Below are positions 58,405 to 64,000 of a stretch of 64,000 bases of DNA, one piece after another. The first letter of the stretch is position 1; the number at the start of each line of letters is the position of its first letter. Source of the stretch: Balanoglossus misakiensis (taxonomy: Eukaryota; Animalia; Hemichordata). A program made the position numbers and the translations under genes. The notes beneath the pieces were generated by a model. That model searched no databases. It saw only the letters and a list, made by a program, of their open reading frames with translations, and had not been told where the DNA came from. The stretch covers positions 62,001 to 126,000 of the forward strand of contig CM082596.2 in the NCBI GenBank assembly GCA_040954595.2, read 5' to 3'.

Positions 58405-61400
58405 CCGAATATCCATTAAATTCTTGGAAATTTAATAAAGTGCAATGCAAAAAAGGCGGATTTTCATCCCCAAAGTCACTAAAAGTGAGAAAAAAAAATG
58501 TATGATGATTTACTTTCGCGCTGATTATCGTACCCACCGCGGCCGACTGGCCACGCTGAGTTATATATAGCCGCTCTAGATAACATGACCTCAGACAGGT
58601 CCCTCGGGACCGTGCCTCGAATTCAACGATCACGTAGATGGACGCGCTGCCGCGTGTGAGGTCACCGGGGAGCTTTCCAAAGCGGCCGCGTGGAGCTGCT
58701 TCAGTCCGTCCTCGACGCGAAACACCCAACATTGGAAGATCCCGACTTGGACTCGGAGAATGAACCACTCAAAAATTTGCATAAAAGTCGAGGTGGCCAT
58801 CCCTCATTTGCATAAATCTCGAGGCCATATCCGGGCTAAAGCCCCCCCCCTGTTTTTTCGCTAATCTGTTGGCCCAGCACCCGGGGCTCTTACCCGGCAA
58901 ACTACGGTACATATCAGCTGAAAGCCATGCAGATCGCAATATGTTTGCAAGGTGAAACTAGTCTGATTCCCTAACTCTCCACAAAAAGGGTCAGTTATGT
59001 GCCATTCCAATCCATGGTTGTCATTAGTAAAAGTATTTTGATTGCTTAATACTTATTTCTTGTGTGCAAGTATTCCAAACTTTTAATTATGAAATATCAT
59101 TATGTAAAATAACACATAAAATAAGCTTATCAGAAATGTATAACAAAATAACATTTTCTTGAATTTGACTTCATGCCACATCCATTTCGCCCAGAAACTA
59201 GATAAAATGGCTGGCACATACCAGACCCTATTCGTTAGCACAGCTGGATTGGGGAACGCAATAGAGACTAGACCTGTTCCTTGCCCCTGAGGGCCCTCCA
59301 CTGCATTACATTGACATCCCAAAGGAACAAGTATCCACAGGCATTTTCGTCCAGTCCTGTGCATGTCATTACACATGCTCAATGATTTGACCAGTCCATG
59401 ACATATGTACAATGACATGGACAGGACTGAATAAAATGGTAGTGAATGCTTCTCCCTTTGGGTCAGTTGCATAGTGTATAGCGTATCACCCAGTTTGGCA
59501 AAGAACAAGTCAAGGAACCAGGCTAGGGTGAGACGTCCAAAGTGAGGCTAACATATAAAATCTCATGGCATGATGACCAACTTTTAATCAATAACACTTT
59601 ATGTTCATCTTGGGTCAAATTGCATGTGCAGGCTGGTATAATTATAGAACTGAGAAAAGCGTTTACCTCAGAGTAACTATGGCTGATTACTTCAAACAGT
59701 TTTTCATGATCATGGAGCATATCTTCTAAATCTTGTGGTTCTGATGGAATATCTCCCAGTTGGCACTGCTCCACCCATTCATACACATGGGCTAGGTACT
59801 GAAAAAAGAACAAAAATGTGAATTAATACCAGGTTCATAAAAGACACACACATCAACAGAACCTACTTATAATGATGCAACACACAAAACATACTGACAC
59901 ATTTTTAAGAATTGCGATTTTCTGTCAATGGTCAAAGTTGTAAACCCTTAAAGTATATATTTTCAAAAGGATGTCTGTGATTGTTTCCTCCAGCTTTCCA
60001 TTCACTTTTATGATGCTGAAAAAAACACTTAAAGAAAAGCAAAGAAACAGTTTCTAAGCTGGGCTTTAAGAAAATATACACTTAGGAGTGCATGACTTCA
60101 ATATTTGAAGGAAAACTATGATTATTAAAAGCGTCCTACAGGATACCTAATACTTCTGGGTGGAGAGAAACAATGTTGCCTTGCTCAAGGGTACAACACC
60201 ATCTTCCTTGGTGACAAGGAATTGGTTAAGTAGCGACCTCACGATTCTGCAGAATTAGATTACACAAATATCACTAGAGGGCACACTCACCTCTTCTGCT
60301 TTGCCATGGAAACTGACAGACATGGCTAATAATGTACTTCTTTCATCAAGTCCAGCAGCAAAGGTTTTCCACTCCTTGTCAAGTCTTGTGGCTGTGTGTC
60401 GGATTTCATAACTAGCATAATGCCCAGCTTCAGCCAATCGCTTTGCTACTGACATGATACGGTTAATGTTGGCATAAACATTCTGCAAAACAAAGAGAAA
60501 ATATTATGAGGTTATTACGAAAATACCGCAAAGTATGCAAAAGGACATTAATTAACAAAAATAATGTTGAATAAAGTCAATCAATGTCAAATTGCACTCA
60601 TCACAAATGCATGTGATGGTATCGCCAATATCCATTGATAGAGTCATGAACTTGTTCAAATAATGAAGATGACAGCTGAATCATTCAAAGATTTCATTTT
60701 CCAGCGTGTAACTGCATAAACTGTTAGTTATTAGCCAGAATCCTTGGATGAGTAAAGACTCTGTCCAAGTCATCAGCAGACTTGATTCATATTACATCCT
60801 GTAGGCCAAAATCAATACACATTTCAAAGCCCAGTTGAGTGACACAGCACAACCACATGTAATGAAGTCTAGTCTGCCAGCATTCAAGTTGAAATCGATT
60901 GCAATCATGTCTCTTTTACATTATGGATATGTGACAATTATTATTAAATCTGTGGCTTATACCGCATACATGTACTTTGTTGGGGTCTCAAGGTGTCAAT
61001 CTGGTGTTCGTGCAACGTATTAAAACACAGCTCAACACTCAAATTGGACAGCCTAGCATTAGCTTATTGCCTTTCAAGATGCCTGCCTATAGCCAGAACC
61101 AGGTTAATAGCTAAACACCAACTCAGTGCAAACCATCCAGTGAAATGCAGTGAAAGCTAAGTGTAATAGCCAAGTGTATTTCTAGTCCAATACAACAAGA
61201 CCAGCCAAGCAACAATTCCCAGTGGTTGCAAAATACTAACCTACCACCAGTTTAATGAAAGCCAAAGCCAATTTACCTGAAATTAATTGCAACCAAGTAC
61301 AAAGTTGAAGTTGAACAAGTCTGCCTTGACAAAAAATATTAATGCAAGCACTTGCTACAGACATGAATGAATATTTAATGTTGCCCTTTACTGATACATT

Positions 61401-64000
61401 TTTGATGGACAGAGACAGACTTTCATATTAAGTTTTTATCAGAGATCTGACTGAATGATACCAAGGTGAAGTACTCTACTCTGCATGAACCGTAACAGCT
61501 GCTGCAGAAATGAACACCACAGACATCAATGAAATTCCAAAGACGAATGTTATAAAGATTACTAAAAGATATACATACATGTATAGCCGTTTCATAATCT
61601 CTCCCCACTTTTAATTATTTTTGTTTATAAAAAATATTGGTCCGAGTAATATTATAAGGTTATTCACAAAATACCGGGATTTATGTCCGAGTACATCGTG
61701 CAGCGCAGGTATTGTCCGAGACGCGCAGCGTCGAGGACAATACCGAAGCGTACGATGTACGAGGACATAAATCCCGGTATTTTGTGAATAACCTTATTAT
61801 TATACACCTTTTCCGGACGTCCTTGATGAACGATAAAGAATAAATAGGCCGCTATCGGACTTTCTAGTTTTCTGACGCCGCCATGATGTAATTTGCATAT
61901 CTAACGCGCCTTCACCTCGCGCATCAGGTGATGCTAGTGTCGAGCTGCCGACGTCTCGCGCGCGACGTTCTACACTGCAGCGATGAACGCGCTCACCTGT
62001 TCGTTCACACATTCCTTCGACTGAAATTTCATCGAGGATTTTGACTTATTTCGCATCTTGGGCCACCAATAATTTTGTTTAATAACGACTGTGTACTTTT
62101 TATATAATTTTTTGTGAGAGTAGGGTGCAATATCATCATTATTTACATCAGACAGCTGTGAGGTCAAAGGTCAAATATGCGTCCAATAACCCTGTGGGTT
62201 ATGGGACTCCGCGTCCTCATTTGAATAATTATTGGACGGTGATACCGCGAATTATTGTATTACGGAACTCCATAGGTTACAGCAGTAGGTGTATAATAAT
62301 AGTTTTTATCATAAATTGTCCTCTTTTGCGTAGATTTCATTTTATAAGAATTGTGCGCAAAAAATTTGCAGCAATTAGAGGTATTAATTAATACACAATT
62401 ACATAAAATCATCTTATCATAAATTCAAGTTAGACACAGAAATAAATTTTAAAAAAAAACACCTCTGGATACCTCAATTAATGAAAAACCTTGATGTGAT
62501 TTGATGCGATGTGCAAACTGACAATACACATGGGTTTACACAAATTCATGGAAGCTCCGTCTACAGCAGACAACGTTACTTGGACTAGATCTGAGAAACA
62601 AATAGATGTGTCACATCCATCAATTCTAAGCAGTTGTCTGATAGGAGAAACACCAGAAACAATCAAACACATCATCAACACCATCACAACAAACACTGAT
62701 AAAAATACGAGTGAAACCCACTCACCTGAACGTTCACCTTATAACCAACACTGAATACGTAACAAAGCTGACCTGAAATCTGACCTTAATTGCCACACTC
62801 TACACACATACACAGCAACACAAAAAATGCCTCCAATTTTTTTTCCTGAAACAGCTTCACAACTAGGACATGAACAGACTGCTTGGATCCACTGATTTAT
62901 TTTCCAATAACATTTCTAAGTGAATTTCTAATGTCTCCTCTATCTTGTTCCTCAATTCATTAATCATGCAGGCAATGAGTCATCACCAGACATTGCCATT
63001 TGATGGATGTATGACTATAACCTATTTTATAGTTGGCCTCCAGAGGGCTCTGTGACTGCTTGATCAAGTAAACCATGACCTGTATTACTTTTCTCTCAAT
63101 GCTGAACAGCTCTCTTTCACTCTCTGTACTTGCAAAGCCACCATAAAATGTTCGATTGTTACATACATTGTATATACTGTCGTAGAAACTTTCAGTTTTA
63201 CACCTTATCAATGTCATTATTTCAATCCCTAACTCTCATCTAACATTTCTAAATTAATGTCACAATTGACTGAAGGATATTCTATTATGTCAATGGAAAG
63301 ACATGAGCTGCAGTCTACTAATTATCCAGGCTCATTCACAATTTCCACTGAACTTTTGAACTCACACACACACACACCATGATGCTGCATACATAACCTT
63401 TAGTTCCCTTAAACAACTCCCATACATGTAATTTACACTGCCACATCTGCAGATTTCTTGCATGACAAAACTCACCATTGACAGGGATTTGAAATTCTTG
63501 TGACCTTCCTGTAACTCCTGTGCCACGAATGATGTGTTGCCAATTTCAGTGTAGTTGACTAGGAATAATTCTCTGTTGTGGCCAATCCAGTCAAACATCT
63601 GAAAAGATGGCGAGACATGCAATCAAGGTTTGGATAATAAGTAATCAACTGACCAGAAAGATACAATGTGAAATATAATTTCACTGAGTGTGACTTCATC
63701 TCCAAAACTGATCATAAAAATAATATGAAACGAATGAAGGTGTACAGTAATTTTATGTAAGAATGTTCCTGTATGGTCTCCACCTCCATCTCAGACAGGT
63801 GTCTTGTCTGCAAATTGTGAATTACCTCATTATCAATCATCAATAAATTGATCACACAAGTGAGGATTCTTACTTTTTCACAATCTTGTTCAAATACTCT
63901 CATCTGAAAACACTGGTCCAGTTTCAGTTTTCTATCGTGCCACATATCTTGCAGTTGTTCCCTCATGCTGTGAAGGTTTTCCAATAAATTAGAAATGCGT
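3849..64000 (-). CDS. TRIO: Trio/Kalirin-family Rho guanine nucleotide exchange factor, partial (31 exons: spectrin repeats, DH1, PH1, SH3-1, linker); both ends extend beyond the window
   Basis: Exons splice in frame with GT-AG boundaries (4660 nt, ~1553 aa). Diagnostic family motifs include [76 protein letters not shown] and [11 protein letters not shown]. Confidence 0.96.
4465..4570 (-). CDS. TRIO: Trio post-SH3 exon (D)[16 protein letters not shown]...[11 protein letters not shown](R)
   Basis: ttgacag| ... CG|gtaaga, 106 nt, phase 1-2; resembles the Trio SSNDASP/SSP..KR linker. Confidence 0.87.
7285..7369 (-). CDS. Candidate alternative first coding exon of a GEF2-only Trio isoform ([29 protein letters not shown]...)
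   Basis: ATG at 7369; donor AGAG|gtatgt in phase 1 matches the acceptor phase of exon 4465-4570; locally GC/CpG-rich. Confidence 0.55.
12884..12940. repeat. (CAC)n then (GTT)n microsatellite
   Basis: caccaccacc...gttgttgtt. Confidence 0.9.
13836..14163 (-). CDS. TRIO: Trio SH3-1 exon with N-terminal pentapeptide repeat
   Basis: tttacag| ... G|gtaaga, 328 nt, phase 0-1; SH3 motifs [31 protein letters not shown]. Confidence 0.94.
15334..15493 (-). CDS. TRIO: Trio linker exon DTSSDENL...STTIGSGK
   Basis: ctctttttgggatcag| ... AAG|gtagga, 160 nt, phase 2-0; bridges the neighbouring exons in frame. Confidence 0.8.
16710..16791 (-). CDS. TRIO: Trio post-PH linker exon (A)LKDTIPPQR...TQRAV(R)
   Basis: ttcacag| ... 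AG|gtgagt, 82 nt, phase 1-2. Confidence 0.85.
17297..17378 (-). CDS. TRIO: Trio PH1 exon [27 protein letters not shown]
   Basis: cttttag| ... G|gtatgt, 82 nt, phase 0-1. Confidence 0.94.
17798..17899 (-). CDS. TRIO: Trio PH1 exon [20 protein letters not shown]...KIVLK
   Basis: ttggcag| ... |gtgagt, 102 nt. Confidence 0.95.
18052..18234 (-). CDS. TRIO: Trio PH1 exon [21 protein letters not shown]...YIYKSKLN
   Basis: attatag| ... |gtaagt, 183 nt. Confidence 0.95.
18380..18511 (-). CDS. TRIO: Trio DH1 C-terminal exon DLLTCCEG...[18 protein letters not shown]
   Basis: Acceptor ttttttaatacaag|, donor |gtaagt, 132 nt. Confidence 0.92.
19753..19845 (-). CDS. TRIO: Trio DH1 exon [31 protein letters not shown]
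   Basis: cctgcag| ... |gtaagt, 93 nt; DH CR3 motif. Confidence 0.96.
20476..23231 (-). mobile_element. Non-autonomous Helentron/HINE (DINE-1-like) element, outer copy
   Basis: End palindrome gctgcaagcagc followed by ggggcacaagc at ~20483-20511. The same motif recurs direct and inverted at 23195-23227. Internal diverged tandem units (aaaggtcacc, caatatggccgcc). Family assignment is by structure only. Confidence 0.7.
21685..23168 (-). mobile_element. HINE-like element nested in the microsatellite of the outer copy
   Basis: agctgcaagcagc...gggcccaagcgc at 21691-21721; hairpin gggcccaagcgc-ttgctt-gcgcttgggccc at ~23135-23165; adjacent (AGAA)n. Confidence 0.72.
23766..24143. mobile_element. Non-autonomous element: short inverted repeats plus ~150-bp terminal imperfect hairpin
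   Basis: tatattacca (23766) / tggtaatata (23976); hairpin ~23988-24141 centred on catgggctcgg-aag-cctcgcccatg. Confidence 0.6.
26480..26570 (-). mobile_element. Degenerate SINE fragment (CORE-like motif)
   Basis: aagtgccttgctcaggggcac is the reverse complement of a CORE-like GTG.CC.TG.GCAAG.CACTT motif; related copy at 60177. Confidence 0.4.
29235..29324 (-). CDS. TRIO: Trio DH1 exon [17 protein letters not shown]...SFFD
   Basis: cttttag| ... |gtaagt, 90 nt. Confidence 0.95.
29648..29717 (-). CDS. TRIO: Trio DH1 exon [23 protein letters not shown]
   Basis: tttctag| ... |gtatgt, 70 nt, phase 2-0. Confidence 0.95.
30198..30544. mobile_element. Foldback MITE with TTAA target-site duplication (Kolobok-like AGG...CCT ends)
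   Basis: ttaa|agggacaaagtctctctc ... gagagagactttgtccct|ttaa; the whole 347 bp is an imperfect palindrome. Confidence 0.8.
30642..30748 (-). CDS. TRIO: Trio DH1 exon SYLSECK...[13 protein letters not shown]
   Basis: gtttcag| ... AG|gtaagt, 107 nt, phase 0-2. Confidence 0.94.
31928..32116 (-). CDS. TRIO: Trio exon EEEGKDL...[29 protein letters not shown] (start of DH1)
   Basis: atttcag| ... |gtaaag, 189 nt; a second in-frame donor lies 6 nt further (exon end 31922). Confidence 0.92.
32262..32444 (-). CDS. TRIO: Trio exon [14 protein letters not shown]...ALGVTNE (last spectrin repeat)
   Basis: cttgtag| ... |gtaggc, 183 nt. Confidence 0.94.
33409..33531 (-). CDS. TRIO: Trio exon [16 protein letters not shown]...FKGTAK
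   Basis: attgcag| ... |gtgaga, 123 nt. Confidence 0.94.
33861..34012. repeat. Compound (GAT)n/(GGT)n low-complexity tract
   Basis: Direct reading; source of the spurious poly-P/S/T ORFs. Confidence 0.9.
34053..34168 (-). CDS. TRIO: Trio exon [10 protein letters not shown]...[11 protein letters not shown]
   Basis: tcaacag| ... |gtatag, 116 nt, phase 1-0. Confidence 0.92.
34463..34727 (-). CDS. TRIO: Trio exon [12 protein letters not shown]...GPESTVK
   Basis: tgtgcag| ... G|gtaatg, 265 nt, phase 0-1. Confidence 0.94.
34904..35095 (-). CDS. TRIO: Trio exon [13 protein letters not shown]...FYKTSEQ
   Basis: ttcttag| ... |gtaaga, 192 nt. Confidence 0.94.
35691..35810 (-). CDS. TRIO: Trio exon [12 protein letters not shown]...EQFKLAIE
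   Basis: gtcacag| ... |gtgaga, 120 nt. Confidence 0.93.
35982..36182 (-). CDS. TRIO: Trio exon GQELYQMLE...HFEADAKQ
   Basis: tctgtag| ... |gtgagt, 201 nt. Confidence 0.93.
36482..36511. repeat. (TTAA)n palindromic microsatellite next to a splice donor
   Basis: attaattaattaa... Confidence 0.9.
36525..36668 (-). CDS. TRIO: Trio exon LSNRLEVW...TFELLQR
   Basis: atggcag| ... |gtaagt, 144 nt. Confidence 0.88.
36853..37024 (-). CDS. TRIO: Trio exon HVAMETG...[12 protein letters not shown]
   Basis: ttttcag| ... |gtagga, 172 nt, phase 2-0. Confidence 0.92.
37171..37340 (-). CDS. TRIO: Trio exon [12 protein letters not shown]...GQTLIDALR
   Basis: cctgcag| ... CG|gtaagg, 170 nt, phase 0-2. Confidence 0.9.
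37894..38085 (-). CDS. TRIO: Trio exon [14 protein letters not shown]...[11 protein letters not shown]
   Basis: cttacag| ... |gtgagt, 192 nt. Confidence 0.95.
40133..40440. mobile_element. Non-autonomous element: short inverted repeats plus ~145-bp terminal hairpin
   Basis: ttataccagtatattg (40133) / caatatactggcataa (40274); hairpin 40296-40438 with 32-bp perfect outer arms. Confidence 0.72.
42873..42903. repeat. (CCA)n microsatellite
   Basis: Direct reading. Confidence 0.9.
46819..48784 (+). mobile_element. HINE-like element, same family as 21685-23168 in the opposite orientation
   Basis: tagggcccaagcgc-atgca-gcgcttgggcccta at the 5' end; gcttgggccc...gctgcttgcagctata at the 3' end; shared internal ggtgacctttgacct units. 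Confidence 0.75.
47488..48253. mobile_element. MITE with ~110-bp TIRs and 9-bp TSD (Mutator/MULE-like)
   Basis: TSD ctttgacct at 47479-47487 and 48254-48262; TIR ggctagttatactttgcgaaacaacgaaacagcg...tcatcaagacggtggcgta; second internal IR agttcctggtctgcggcctggtact. Confidence 0.85.
48856..49202 (+). repeat. ~77-bp exact direct repeat (48856-48932 and 49126-49202)
   Basis: atttggctcatgggtaaaactc...cacatgacctggca occurs twice. Confidence 0.85.
56331..56453 (-). CDS. TRIO: Trio exon [41 protein letters not shown]
   Basis: tctgtag| ... |gttggt, 123 nt; highly conserved motif; absent from the ORF track. Confidence 0.94.
56562..56792 (-). CDS. TRIO: Trio exon [15 protein letters not shown]...[10 protein letters not shown] (spectrin)
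   Basis: tgtccag| ... |gtaaat, 231 nt. Confidence 0.93.
57253..57306. repeat. (TAAA)n microsatellite
   Basis: Direct reading. Confidence 0.85.
58277..58907. mobile_element. Tc1/mariner-pogo-type MITE with TA TSD
   Basis: ta|ccgtagtttgccgggtaagagcccc ... ggggctcttacccggcaaactacgg|ta (25-bp perfect TIR); GC-rich interior with repeated tcgaggccatatccgg.ctaaagccc and poly-C. Confidence 0.85.
59268..59526. mobile_element. Old foldback/MITE remnant
   Basis: Terminal IR ctagacctgttccttg / caaggaaccaggctag; internal IR cagtcctgtgcatgtcatt / aatgacatggacaggactg. Confidence 0.5.
59667..59798 (-). CDS. TRIO: Trio exon YLAHVYEW...SHSYSE (spectrin)
   Basis: ttttcag| ... |gtaaac, 132 nt. Confidence 0.9.
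60170..60250 (-). mobile_element. Degenerate SINE fragment (CORE-like motif)
   Basis: tgccttgctcaagggtac, similar to the 26487 copy. Confidence 0.35.
60291..60482 (-). CDS. TRIO: Trio exon [13 protein letters not shown]...FHGKAEE (spectrin)
   Basis: tttgcag| ... |gtgagt, 192 nt, phase 0-0. Confidence 0.94.
61650..62300. mobile_element. Non-autonomous element: ~145-bp terminal hairpin plus short inverted repeats
   Basis: Hairpin 61654-61797 (ataaggttattcacaaaataccgggatttatgtcc / ggacataaatcccggtattttgtgaataaccttat); ttattatacacct / aggtgtataataa (62287); CpG-rich interior. Confidence 0.72.
63476..63598 (-). CDS. TRIO: Trio exon [12 protein letters not shown]...FKSLSM (spectrin)
   Basis: ttttcag| ... 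|gtgagt, 123 nt, phase 0-0. Confidence 0.93.
63874..64000 (-). CDS. TRIO: Trio exon, 5'-truncated by the window ([42 protein letters not shown]), spectrin repeat
   Basis: Donor AAA|gtaaga at 63873; family motif. Confidence 0.93.

Noticed and set aside
58367-58768. 133-aa ORF within the MITE
   Set aside because: No transposase motifs; GC-rich chance ORF ending in poly-Gly

Overview
AT-rich (~35-37% GC), intron-rich animal genomic DNA, most likely from a marine invertebrate (inference). The whole window lies inside one minus-strand gene, the Trio/Kalirin (UNC-73) family Rho-GEF. I traced 31 GT-AG exons by hand (64000 down to 3849, ~1550 aa, phases consistent throughout). They encode spectrin repeats, the Rac/RhoG-type DH1-PH1 module, SH3-1 and the conserved '[11 protein letters not shown]' linker. 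The Sec14 N-terminus and the GEF2/Ig/kinase C-terminus lie outside the window. The introns carry two nested Helentron/HINE-like insertions (one also holds a 9-bp-TSD MITE), a TA-TSD MITE, a TTAA foldback MITE, three hairpin-ended elements of one shared design, SINE-like fragments and microsatellites. Points of most interest: (i) a cluster of phase-compatible candidate alternative first and terminal exons around the SH3 linker, resembling vertebrate Duet/p63RhoGEF and Solo/Trio8 isoforms; (ii) a 7x [DE]SRL[ST] pentapeptide repeat before SH3; (iii) hairpin elements with conserved symmetric CTCG/CTCG mismatches. Most ORFs in the supplied track are spurious or are exon read-throughs. All comparisons to vertebrate proteins are from memory, not from searches.
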